Below, one piece after another: positions 49,397-59,186 of a stretch of DNA of 64,000 nt. Where the stretch lies: contig JAURCP010000007.1 of NCBI GenBank assembly GCA_030828405.1, positions 2,250 through 66,249 on the forward strand. The letters are read 5' to 3'. Under the pieces are notes generated by a model that worked only from the letters and a program-made list of their open reading frames with translations, did no database searches and had not been told where the DNA came from. The position numbers were made by a program, and so were the translations under genes. The first letter of the stretch is position 1, and each line of letters begins with the position of its first letter. This DNA comes from Thermoplasmatota archaeon (GTDB taxonomy: Archaea > Thermoplasmatota > Poseidoniia > Poseidoniales > Thalassarchaeaceae).

Positions 49397-52300
49397 TTAC
49401 TTTTGACGTCGAATATACTCTTCTCCATAGTGATGCCACTGTTCCATTGACCAACCATCTGGAAGACCATTCTTAGGTAATTTAGGCATCATTGGAGGAG
49501 GCGGAGGTAACTTTGACAAGCTCTTTGGAAATTTTACATTATCCGTTAGTTCAATTGGGGCTTGTGTAATATACCGGGATTCTTCAATCGCATTCTTTTT
49601 CCTTCTCATAATTGCAACAGTTGAGAGAGATGTTAGCAACACAGATAGGACGACTAAACTTAAAATTCCAACCACCATTAATGGGGAAAATGTAGAACTA
49701 GATGATGCATCATTCGAATTAGGATTTTCATCTTCGATAACTAACTCAGGCAATGTTGCATGAATTTTATAAGTTTCTTCTGTAACTCTATCCATTCCAT
49801 TTTGATCAACTGCTCGTATTGTGAATGTCATATAATCTCCAACACCCAACCCACTGCCACTAATGTGATTTACAATAAACGGACCTAGAGTATGAGATAT
49901 GCCGGAGGTGTGGCAGATTCCAGTTACTGAATTACAAATACCCCAAAATACAGATATCTCTGATAATTCAAGAACTCCTACGTTGGTAATTAGAACTGAA
50001 GGATTAGTGTAATAGTCAGTTGTATCGATAGAAATTATAAAGTCACCAATTGAACCATATTTCCAGATTAAAGGCAAATCATCGACTACATTAACAGTGA
50101 TTACTGAATAGGATGAGAAACCATGCCTGTCTTCAGCAGTGACATTAACCATCTGTGTCCCAGAATCTTGCCATGACATAATCAAGTCACCAGTTATAGG
50201 ATTCCACTGAGTTGCTCCAGGAACTTCATTTTCTACAACTACCCAAATTTCCTCATCGGAATTATCGATATCAGAAATTCTTTCCAGTAAATTAATCGAA
50301 TAAATATCCCCGGTTTGGAGGTCAATATGTTCTATGTCGGTTAAATTAATTCTGGGAGCATCATTAACATTGAGAACATGGAACGTAACAACTGTATCTG
50401 AGAATTTAATACCGTCACTAGCCCTAATTAAAATATCAACAATTCCAAAGCCATCTTCACTCAAAGAAACTACAGACAATGAATGACCATTTAAATTCGC
50501 TTCGACTAGATTTTCATCAGAAACATCAATTATTGACAATGTGAGATCAGCTACTGGTGCTGTATTTCCTGCATCGTTAGTATCTGAAAGATAATTTGTA
50601 AGTGTAATGCTCCCATAACCCCCCTCATTGAATGATTGCGTATTAATCGGTGACCAACGTGGGGCACCATTCTCTATAACATTGAATAAAATTAGTCCAG
50701 AATTGATATCATCACCGTCGTTAACACTCATGTAAATTCCTTGTGGTAGGGCATTTCCGTGACTATCTCTAACTACTTGTGTAAATTTGACTGTTAATTC
50801 CAGGTTTACAGGATCCCATGACAGGAATTCATCGTCTGTACTAAATATATCTAGGAGTTGGAGAGGAGTTTCTGCATCGCTGATTAGGCCAATTATGGAT
50901 ACCTTTTCTTCAGTATCAACTTTAACAGTAGGCATTCCAGAATATTGATTATCACTACTTGAATAAATTGAAGGGAGAGCGTTTTGAAGAATAAAGGCAT
51001 CTTCGGAAATTAACCATTCACTATCTTGTCCACCTGCATCTGTCCACATTACTCTGAGATCATATTCACCTACTTGTGAAGTTAATTCGGTATTTATAGA
51101 AAATAAGTATCTAGCATTACCACCGCTTCCAATCATTTCGGGCCCTTCAATCCATGTGTCATCCCAAGAACCTGAACCTGCCTCCGAATAATGTAATGTA
51201 GGGTACATAGATTCAATCGTATCTACTAAGTCATTTGATATTGCAGTTACTTCGAATTGAATAGAACTACCCCTGTTAACATTAGGGGAAGAAACAGAAG
51301 TGGGGGTAATTGGCACTGGAGGTAAATCATGTAGACCTGCTACATCCTGAAAATTATTACTTGGGATTCTATCACCTTCCAGATTAGAAAGCCTCGCCCT
51401 AAATATGGAGGTACCAGAGGGTGACATTTCAATTGAAGAAGTATCGAAAACTGTTGTCAATATTTGAGTAGAGCTAGATGCAATATTGTTATTTAATGAA
51501 GCGCTAGAAATTAACTGTTCTTCCGACCCATCCAGATAGTAGATACTGATTTGGCCACCTTCCGAGTATGTTTCAACACCATTATTTCTAATAGTGGTTT
51601 CTAAGATTATTTCATCTCCTTGAACGAATCCAGAATCACCTTGAATAGTGAAATCAGATATCCCAATATCAACTAAGGGAGCCATGTCTAGATCAACCGC
51701 GGCATAGAAATTGTTGTAGGTTGTATGGGGGCCGTCCATTAGTGCAACTACAGGCCAAAAATTCTCAAACTGAGTATTACCTCCTGCAGCCCTAACAGTG
51801 CTCAAAGGTTTATCCCAAGAAAGTTGGGCATTAGAACTAGGAGAAAGAACTACTTGTTCAAAACCACTTTGGCTACTATCTAGTAGCCAAGATCTCCAAA
51901 CATGATGTGGTTTGTATCCATCATCATAGTTCTCAGCGCCGGATTGTTCAGTAATGGCAGCATATACATAAACTGAAACCGAAGGTATGGAACCTAAATA
52001 TGAGATAGTCAAATCAGTAGTAACAGTATCTCCTGAAGGATTCAGGGAAGTCGATAATTCCATTGAAAAATCTGTAGAAGATGGTGCCATACATCCACCT
52101 GCGGTAAAATCATTATCATAGTAACTTGAACCACCAGCGCCCACTTTGTAGCAAGAACCTGCTTGTTCATCTGCAAAAGAGAAGGTAGGATATCCGCTGG
52201 ATGCAGCCATAACATGATCTCTTCTAGTTCCTGAACTACCGATTGAATCCGAAGGCCATCCTGTTCCAGAGCCTTGGAAAAATGAAACATAAGTAAAATC

Positions 52301-52561
52301 TTCGGGATTAGATGTTTTCAAATTGTGAAGAGAAGGAGATGCACTACTCATACAAGGCCCACACCAATGAGCACCTACATATTCACCAAATACTGTATGA
52401 CCGGGGCTTGAGGCATAAAGTGGTAATTCCTCTTTTTCCAGTTCACTAAGTTGATTGAAATTTTGTTCTTCATAATCAAAAATCCCCCCAAGAGTCATTA
52501 TTACCATCAATGACATCATGGTAACGGCTAAGACTGAACTGTACAATTCGTTTCTCATCAC
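49397..52561 (-). CDS. Large surface protein: thioredoxin-like CxxC (Omp28-like) plus CARDB/cadherin-like Ig repeats, C-terminal TM and conserved tail
   Basis: N-terminal TM, AHWCGPC, TIRNNG, VNDAP repeats, TM, poly-Pro, GLPDGWSMEQWHHYGEEY. Confidence 0.7.
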   Translation of the reverse strand: MMRNELYSSVLAVTMMSLMVIMTLGGIFDYEEQNFNQLSELEKEELPLYASSPGHTVFGEYVGAHWCGPCMSSASPSLHNLKTSNPEDFTYVSFFQGSGTGWPSDSIGSSGTRRDHVMAASSGYPTFSFADEQAGSCYKVGAGGSSYYDNDFTAGGCMAPSSTDFSMELSTSLNPSGDTVTTDLTISYLGSIPSVSVYVYAAITEQSGAENYDDGYKPHHVWRSWLLDSSQSGFEQVVLSPSSNAQLSWDKPLSTVRAAGGNTQFENFWPVVALMDGPHTTYNNFYAAVDLDMAPLVDIGISDFTIQGDSGFVQGDEIILETTIRNNGVETYSEGGQISIYYLDGSEEQLISSASLNNNIASSSTQILTTVFDTSSIEMSPSGTSIFRARLSNLEGDRIPSNNFQDVAGLHDLPPVPITPTSVSSPNVNRGSSIQFEVTAISNDLVDTIESMYPTLHYSEAGSGSWDDTWIEGPEMIGSGGNARYLFSINTELTSQVGEYDLRVMWTDAGGQDSEWLISEDAFILQNALPSIYSSSDNQYSGMPTVKVDTEEKVSIIGLISDAETPLQLLDIFSTDDEFLSWDPVNLELTVKFTQVVRDSHGNALPQGIYMSVNDGDDINSGLILFNVIENGAPRWSPINTQSFNEGGYGSITLTNYLSDTNDAGNTAPVADLTLSIIDVSDENLVEANLNGHSLSVVSLSEDGFGIVDILIRASDGIKFSDTVVTFHVLNVNDAPRINLTDIEHIDLQTGDIYSINLLERISDIDNSDEEIWVVVENEVPGATQWNPITGDLIMSWQDSGTQMVNVTAEDRHGFSSYSVITVNVVDDLPLIWKYGSIGDFIISIDTTDYYTNPSVLITNVGVLELSEISVFWGICNSVTGICHTSGISHTLGPFIVNHISGSGLGVGDYMTFTIRAVDQNGMDRVTEETYKIHATLPELVIEDENPNSNDASSSSTFSPLMVVGILSLVVLSVLLTSLSTVAIMRRKKNAIEESRYITQAPIELTDNVKFPKSLSKLPPPPPMMPKLPKNGLPDGWSMEQWHHYGEEYIRRQK

Positions 52562-52682
52562 TGTTCAAACGCTTACACTGTTGGGTATAACGTTATCGAG
52601 CATTTGCTTATGATGATAAATCAAATTAAAACTAACTTCTCAATCAAATGACTTGATATCATGGAACCTTTTCGTAGAATCA

Positions 52683-53495
52683 ATGACCGGAATCAATGAC
52701 CTAGATTGGGTGGCTCTCAGAGAAGATGATGGTAGAGCCTATTTATTACAAAAAAAGTCAGGAGAGGTTAAGATAAAGGGATTAGGTAGATTTGATTCAG
52801 GACAACTACTAGATGGATGCTCAATAGGTGAAAGGATACAAGTTGGGCAAAAATCTCTAACTATAGTCAAAGCAACTCTTCCTGAAGCGCGTCGCAACAT
52901 GGTTAGAAGAGCTCAAACTATTGGTATCAAAGATTCTGGTTTCCTGATTTCATGGCTAGGAATTGGTGTAGGTAGCCGAGTTTTAGAAGGAGGTCATGGT
53001 TCGGCAGGACTCGCCATGAATATAGCTAATGTGTTAGGAAATAGTGGAACGCTAATTTCAGTCGAAGTTAGAGATGAACATGCATCGGTAGGAAAACAAA
53101 ACATGGATAGGCTAGAAGAAATTCTTCCCGAATTCCCAAATTGGCACTTAGTTGTTGATGATTTATCCAATATTACTAATCGAGTAAAAGAAATTTGTAT
53201 TGAAATTGATTCTGCAATTATTGATGTTGCAGAGCCTTGGAATGTTTTGAAATCAGTAGTCCCTTGTCTTCGAGTAGGAGGAAGAATTGCATGCTATTGC
53301 CCTACTTCATCACAATTAGAAAAGTCTTGGAATGCTTGTGAAGATGAAAATTTGAATATAGAATGGGCCGGAGAAATTATCGAAAGAAAATGGAGTAAAG
53401 CGAGTAAAGGAGGAGTCAGACCGGGGAATCAACCAATGGGACATACAGCATTTTTACTGATTGCTACTAAATTAGCATCTGAGGAAGAAGAATAG
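52683..53495 (+). CDS. trmI: tRNA (adenine-N1)-methyltransferase TrmI/GCD14
   Basis: RRAQTI..KD, RVLEGGHGSA, DVAEPW, YCP, GHTAFL. Confidence 0.85.
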   Translation: MTGINDLDWVALREDDGRAYLLQKKSGEVKIKGLGRFDSGQLLDGCSIGERIQVGQKSLTIVKATLPEARRNMVRRAQTIGIKDSGFLISWLGIGVGSRVLEGGHGSAGLAMNIANVLGNSGTLISVEVRDEHASVGKQNMDRLEEILPEFPNWHLVVDDLSNITNRVKEICIEIDSAIIDVAEPWNVLKSVVPCLRVGGRIACYCPTSSQLEKSWNACEDENLNIEWAGEIIERKWSKASKGGVRPGNQPMGHTAFLLIATKLASEEEE

Positions 53496-53530
53496 ATTTG
53501 ATTCATAACCAAGTATTCCTCCGCCAAACC

Positions 53531-54940
53531 ATGAGAGACAGTAGCCAATGGGAACCTACATCTTACCGAACACATACCATAGGTCAAATTGTAAGCGAAG
53601 GTGCAACATTAGTAGGTGAAGAGGTTAGTATCGCAGGATATGCAGAAACTATACGCGGCAGAGGAGCTATCTGCTTCCTAATGCTAAGAGATGGAACCGG
53701 ACATATTCAGGCATTTTTGAAAAAGGATAATATGAACCAAGAAACTTTCGATTTAATTCAATCTTCCACTAGAGAATCAACTGTTCAAGTAACTGGCTTA
53801 GTTGCGCAAAAAAGACCTCCGAAGGTGGCAGAAGGGGAACCTTTACCTCCACCAGAATATGAGGTTAATGTGACATCAGGACAGGTATTAGCAGAAGCAG
53901 CAACACCATTACCAGTTGGGATTATTGACGAAGTCAAAATTGGATTAGATATTAGATTAGACAATAGGCATTTAGACTTGAGAAGATCTCATGTAAATGC
54001 AATGTTCCAATTAAGAAGCAAAGTTCTACAGTACGGCAGAGAACACTTAATCAAAGAAGGGTTTATGGAAATGAATAGCCCTAAAATTATTGCTAGCGCA
54101 TCCGAAGGAGGGACCAACTTATTCCCTATGATGTACTTCGATACACCTGCTTTTCTGAGCCAATCTCCTCAACTTTACAAACAATTAGCAGTTCTTGGTG
54201 GATTGGAAAGAGTTTTTGAGATAGGACCTGCATTTAGAGCAGAAAAACATGATACTTACAGACATTTGAATGAATTTATTTCTTTTGATATTGAAGGCGC
54301 GTGGATGAACGATGAAGATGTAATGGGAGTTCAAGAAAGAATGATTCATTATATCTGGTCATCTGTATCTGAAAATGACCAAAAATTAATTCAAACTATT
54401 AACGACTACAAAGTCAGTCAAGGTGAGGAAAAAATCAGTGTCGAAGTCCCTGAACTACCATTCCCAAGAATACCATATTCTGAAGCGATAGAAATTGTGA
54501 AGAATGGGGGTGGAGAGATAGAATGGGGTGACGATATAGAGAGCCATCATTGTGACTTAATTGCAGCAATATATCCCGGATTTCATTTCCTTCCTAGATG
54601 GCCAATGGCAATGAAACCATTCTACATTTATCATAACAAAGATGAAAAAAGTGATTCTGGAGGACAATTAAGTCGAGGGTTCGACTTAAATTATGGACGC
54701 GATGAAATGACTAGCGGAGGCCAAAGAGAACATAGGGTAGATGTACTTGAACAGAATCTCAGAGACATGGATCTGAATCCTGAAGATTTTACCTTCTACA
54801 CAGATGGTTTTCGTTATGGAGCACCTCCACACGCAGGCTGGGGATTAGGAGTTGCAAGATTATTGATGGTACTTACTGGAGCAGGAAATGTTCGTGAAGT
54901 GGTATTATTCCCTAGAGATAGAACGAGAGTTACCCCCTAA
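53531..54940 (+). CDS. aspS: Aspartyl-tRNA synthetase (archaeal type)
   Basis: [45 protein letters not shown]. Confidence 0.95.
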   Translation: MRDSSQWEPTSYRTHTIGQIVSEGATLVGEEVSIAGYAETIRGRGAICFLMLRDGTGHIQAFLKKDNMNQETFDLIQSSTRESTVQVTGLVAQKRPPKVAEGEPLPPPEYEVNVTSGQVLAEAATPLPVGIIDEVKIGLDIRLDNRHLDLRRSHVNAMFQLRSKVLQYGREHLIKEGFMEMNSPKIIASASEGGTNLFPMMYFDTPAFLSQSPQLYKQLAVLGGLERVFEIGPAFRAEKHDTYRHLNEFISFDIEGAWMNDEDVMGVQERMIHYIWSSVSENDQKLIQTINDYKVSQGEEKISVEVPELPFPRIPYSEAIEIVKNGGGEIEWGDDIESHHCDLIAAIYPGFHFLPRWPMAMKPFYIYHNKDEKSDSGGQLSRGFDLNYGRDEMTSGGQREHRVDVLEQNLRDMDLNPEDFTFYTDGFRYGAPPHAGWGLGVARLLMVLTGAGNVREVVLFPRDRTRVTP

Positions 54941-54958
54941 TCAAAATGAGAGATTAAT

Positions 54959-55129
54959 ATGCTTCCTCAACTAAAGATGATTTATGATATTATCAATGCA
55001 TCAGACGATGGTTTCGGACTTCCAATAAAGGGTATAATTTCTAAATTAAAAAAAATAATACTTTTAGGTGTAATACTTTCTATTTCAGTAGGAGTAGGTA
55101 TTGGTTACCTGATTTTTGAAGTTTTATGA
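54959..55129 (+). CDS. Small single-TM protein (not in ORF track)
   Basis: Translated by hand: MLPQLKMIYDIINASDDGFGLPIKGIISKLKKIILLGVILSISVGVGIGYLIFEVL (56 aa); fills the gap. Confidence 0.5.
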   Translation: MLPQLKMIYDIINASDDGFGLPIKGIISKLKKIILLGVILSISVGVGIGYLIFEVL

Positions 55130-55185
55130 GTTAAATTAGAAATATCCACACCGAAAAGAACGGGTATCAGTAACCTCTGCGACGA

Positions 55186-55932
55186 ATGAGAAATATGTCC
55201 AAGCCGAACTTTGCTTATCTACTTCTAAAAGAGCACCCGTATGGTAGAGAAATGCTAAAACAGTTAATTTCGGAAGGTTTCATTCCAAAAATTATCATTA
55301 CAGAAGATTCTGAAATTGCGGATGAAGAGAGAGAAAAATTCCTAAAAAGAATAGAAGGGAATCAAATAGCAGAAAGAATCGAATTACAACTTGAAAAATT
55401 GTCAGAAAAAGGCATCAATGTTGAGCATATCGAAGTACCTATTCACAATTCGGAAGAAGTGATGCCATATATTAGAGAATTAGAACTAGATATCATAGTT
55501 TTTGGTGGTACGAGGATTATTCGTGGAGAAATTTTAGATCATCCTAAAGACGGAGTAGTAAATAGCCACCCAGGATTGTTACCTGAATGTAGAGGTTCAG
55601 CATCTCCTGCTTGGAGTGTATACCACGATATACCAATTGGTTCATCAACTCATTTCTGCGATAATGGAGTAGATACAGGGCACTTACTCTTGCGAAGAGA
55701 AGTCCCAGTAAAAAGAGGAATGAAATATGAAGATTTATGTTATGAAACTCTTGTATTAGCAGGGATTTTGATGAAGGAAGCATTGATGGCATATGAACAG
55801 GGAAGGTGGGACGAAATGAGACAACCCCAAGGTGAAAGCCCTCACCCCACATTTAGGAACGCCTCTGAAGAGATATTACAAATTGTAAACCAAAAATTAG
55901 AGGAAGAAACGTATGCTCATTATATTGATTAG
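55186..55932 (+). CDS. Formyltransferase (Fmt/PurN-like N-terminal domain)
   Basis: NSHPGLLP..RG, STHF.DNGVDTG. Confidence 0.85.
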   Translation: MRNMSKPNFAYLLLKEHPYGREMLKQLISEGFIPKIIITEDSEIADEEREKFLKRIEGNQIAERIELQLEKLSEKGINVEHIEVPIHNSEEVMPYIRELELDIIVFGGTRIIRGEILDHPKDGVVNSHPGLLPECRGSASPAWSVYHDIPIGSSTHFCDNGVDTGHLLLRREVPVKRGMKYEDLCYETLVLAGILMKEALMAYEQGRWDEMRQPQGESPHPTFRNASEEILQIVNQKLEEETYAHYID

Positions 55933-55940
55933 GTGATGAA

Positions 55941-56747
55941 ATGGATAAAATGTTAGGACCAGAATTTCCTTATGCAGACGGAATACTAAACGGTAAAAAT
56001 GCTCTTGTATGTGGTGCATCAAAAGGTATAGGCAGAGCCACTTCGTTGATGCTTGCAAGAGCGGGGGCAAACGTTGTTGTGTGTGCTAGATCTTCGGACA
56101 AATTAGATGATTTACTTGAGGAAATGTATGGTAGTGGACATTCAAAATTAATACTTGACTTAGAAGATACTTCGGCTTTAGAAATTAAAATTAATAGATT
56201 AATTAAAAATCAGAATATACATATTTTAGTTAACAATGCAGGAGGCCCACCTGGTGGTCCGTTGTTATCAAATTCAATAGATGATTTTGACGCTCCATTC
56301 AAGAGACATCTACATGCAGCACATACTATCACTAAGATTCTTGCTCCAATTATGGAAAGTGAAGGTTATGGTAGAATTGTAAATATCATTTCTACATCTG
56401 TAAGAGAACCAATAGATAATATAGGACTTTCAAACACTTTGAGAGGAGCTATGGGGTCATGGGCGAAATCTCTTTCAAGAGAGTTAAGTCCTTGTATTAC
56501 AATAAATAATATCCTTCCAGGGTTCACAGATACAGATAGGCTGGGATCTCTTGCCAAGTCTATTTCTGATAGAACCGGTAACTCAATAGAATCAGTTCAA
56601 GATAAATGGATGGATTCAGTACCAATTCAGAGACTAATTGATCCATTAGAAACAGGAGCAGCAGTTACATGGCTTTGTTTACCAAGCAGTGGTTCGATTA
56701 GAGGGATTAGCTTAGCAGTAGATGGCGGAAGAATGCGTTCGATTTGA
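55941..56747 (+). CDS. Short-chain dehydrogenase/reductase
   Basis: GASKGIG, VNNAGGPPGG, STSVREP..LGLSNTLR, LPGFT.T.R. Confidence 0.9.
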   Translation: MDKMLGPEFPYADGILNGKNALVCGASKGIGRATSLMLARAGANVVVCARSSDKLDDLLEEMYGSGHSKLILDLEDTSALEIKINRLIKNQNIHILVNNAGGPPGGPLLSNSIDDFDAPFKRHLHAAHTITKILAPIMESEGYGRIVNIISTSVREPIDNIGLSNTLRGAMGSWAKSLSRELSPCITINNILPGFTDTDRLGSLAKSISDRTGNSIESVQDKWMDSVPIQRLIDPLETGAAVTWLCLPSSGSIRGISLAVDGGRMRSI

Positions 56748-56754
56748 GTGTGGA

Positions 56755-57999
56755 ATGATGTTATTCGATATATTCTTTTCAATTTCTCAGACACCTGATA
56801 CCTCTGGATATATCCCTTCTGAAAAGGAAATGTTCTCTAATTTCTTTGAACAGGTCGAGTTAGCTGATGAATTAGGATTCGGAGTAGGTTGGGTTGCTCA
56901 AGCACATTTATCAACTGAAATTCAAAAAAGAAATAATACACCTGTAGTTCCGCATTATCCGGGAGAAGTCGGACTTTGTACTGACTTCTTTCAAATCGCT
57001 CAAAAAATGTTTTCCAGAACTAAAAGGATGGAAGTAGGTAGTGCTGTTTTGTCAATTTTAGCATCCGGAGGACCGATTGCAATAGCTGAACGTGTTGGAG
57101 CATTTCTAGCATTACACGGAATGGATGGAATGGAAGACAGAAAATTGCATATCGGATTTTCAGCAGGAAGATTTGAATTTATGGCAAGGCCATATGGAAT
57201 AATTCCTAGGAATATGGTTGAAGAGGCCGCCTGGCCAGCTCTTAGAGGGCAAATATTTGCCGAGGCATCAGAGATTTTTCTAAGGCTACTAAATGGAGAG
57301 GTCATTTCTTCAAGTATGATCAGAGAAACTATTCTTACTAGAGAAAATTTCCGTTCAGATGAAGATTGGAGGAAAGTTCAAGATGCAGCAAAAGAGTTTT
57401 TCGATTTAACAGAATTAAGCGAAACAGTCGAAATACCAAATAGATATGATTTTGAAGAGATAAAGACAATCCCACAAAATTGGAGAAGAGATTTACTAAA
57501 TCTTGTGCTTGGAAGTCATGATCCAAAGTTACAGATTGAAGTCAATAAGTGGAGACCAGTTCAAGTATTCAATCTAAGCATCACTCCCCCGCATATCATT
57601 GAAGAGACTCATGAAAGAATGGCTGGAAATTATCATTTAGATGGTGGCAAATGGAATAGAGGTATGATGCCTCGAACGATTATGGTTTTTGTAAATAATG
57701 AAGAAGGGCTTTCATCAGAAGAGCAAAGTATTGCTGCTAAAGAAGAAGCAAAAGCCGCATTGAATACTTATTGGAGTGCCTTAGAAGGGACAATTGATCC
57801 ATCGAAAGTTGAAAGAGCAACTGATAACGCAGTAATTGGAAATGTTGAAGAAGTAGCTCAACAAATAATCCAAAGATTTGATAAAAATGATAAATTGATG
57901 TGTTGGTTTGATTTCTTTAATCACGATAGTGAAAGAGTTCAAAGAAATATGAAGGCTTTTATGGATGAAGTCGCACCTATTGTTAATGGAGAGGAATAA
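56755..57999 (+). CDS. Luciferase-like (LLM) flavin-dependent oxidoreductase
   Basis: LADELGF..GWVAQAH, RTKRMEVGSAV, P..IAE, NAVIGNVEEVA, MKAFMDEVAP. Confidence 0.8.
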   Translation: MMLFDIFFSISQTPDTSGYIPSEKEMFSNFFEQVELADELGFGVGWVAQAHLSTEIQKRNNTPVVPHYPGEVGLCTDFFQIAQKMFSRTKRMEVGSAVLSILASGGPIAIAERVGAFLALHGMDGMEDRKLHIGFSAGRFEFMARPYGIIPRNMVEEAAWPALRGQIFAEASEIFLRLLNGEVISSSMIRETILTRENFRSDEDWRKVQDAAKEFFDLTELSETVEIPNRYDFEEIKTIPQNWRRDLLNLVLGSHDPKLQIEVNKWRPVQVFNLSITPPHIIEETHERMAGNYHLDGGKWNRGMMPRTIMVFVNNEEGLSSEEQSIAAKEEAKAALNTYWSALEGTIDPSKVERATDNAVIGNVEEVAQQIIQRFDKNDKLMCWFDFFNHDSERVQRNMKAFMDEVAPIVNGEE

Positions 58000-58000
58000 A

Positions 58001-59173
58001 ATGACAGAAGAAAAAAATTCTAGACCTTCATCAGTATCACCAGGTAGGCCCGGATCTACGTTATTTCCAACCAATCCTCTTGGAGAGATGCATGAAGGTA
58101 TTGCAACGGGTAGGGACGTAGAATGGGAACCATTAGTAGACTTTAGAAGAATGGATGTATCTGAAAATACTATCCACGGAGCTGTTGCATGGGCCCATGG
58201 AAATGAAATTATACACTCCTTTGGAGGAAATGTATTGATTTATGGAAGATCTATGATGAAACCATTAATGATGAAGCCCTTTGCAAAAGTGCTAGAAGAT
58301 GAATTAACCTGGGAACAAAAGGCAATCTCTTGCTCGTCCCACAATGGAGATACAGAACATGTTGCTGCTGCACAATCCATACTAACAGAATCTGAATGGG
58401 GATTAATGCAATGTCCTTTGGACGTGCCATTAATACAGTTTGGAAGACAGGTAAGAAGGCCGAGGAGATGGTTTCATACATGCTCTGGGGAACATGCTGC
58501 TTTGTTGAAAGGGATGCGGAAGATGGGAATGAGCAGAGCTGGTTATACACTACCTAGCACACCTTGGTTCCCATTGTTTTTAGACGTTCTAAGAGAATAT
58601 ATGAACAATCCAGACTGGAAACCTAAAAGAGTTGCTAAAGATGGTTGTGGACTGCCTACTGTATCGAACACGGTTGATGAGCTTGCGGTAATGTTCGCTG
58701 GATTAGTTTCGAAGAAAGACGATGACTGGATTTGGGAGGCTATGAATAAGAATCCGGATTTGATAGGTGGATTTAATCGACTAGATTCAACATGTCTAAA
58801 AGCAGGAAATGGAAAATTAATTGCTAAAGAGGGTGCAGATGGATTACTAGGGCTATCCATAGAACATCCAGATTGGCCTAAGGGTTTGGGGATTGTAATT
58901 AAAATCGCCCACGGATGGAATTCGCAAGCAACATGGTATGTTGCAAGAGCCGTTTTAGGAGTATTAGGTATAGAACTCAGAAATCCTTACCCATTACATA
59001 GACAAAAAGCGTTTATTGTTCCAGGAATTGTACCAGAGATTTATCAAGAAAAGTTAGAAAAAGTTGTCACTTGGGATGAGTGGGACCCTGATCAGGATAG
59101 ATTCAATTTAGACTGGAACGAATACTCTGCTGCAATGACACGTAAAGATCCATTTTCAAATGAAGGTATATGA
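58001..59173 (+). CDS. Class 3 (Rhizobium etli-type) asparaginase-fold amidohydrolase, variant
   Basis: RSMMKP, SSHNGD..H, TCSGEH, DGCGLP, AKEGADG. Confidence 0.8.
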   Translation: MTEEKNSRPSSVSPGRPGSTLFPTNPLGEMHEGIATGRDVEWEPLVDFRRMDVSENTIHGAVAWAHGNEIIHSFGGNVLIYGRSMMKPLMMKPFAKVLEDELTWEQKAISCSSHNGDTEHVAAAQSILTESEWGLMQCPLDVPLIQFGRQVRRPRRWFHTCSGEHAALLKGMRKMGMSRAGYTLPSTPWFPLFLDVLREYMNNPDWKPKRVAKDGCGLPTVSNTVDELAVMFAGLVSKKDDDWIWEAMNKNPDLIGGFNRLDSTCLKAGNGKLIAKEGADGLLGLSIEHPDWPKGLGIVIKIAHGWNSQATWYVARAVLGVLGIELRNPYPLHRQKAFIVPGIVPEIYQEKLEKVVTWDEWDPDQDRFNLDWNEYSAAMTRKDPFSNEGI

Positions 59174-59186
59174 GGGAGATGATGAA

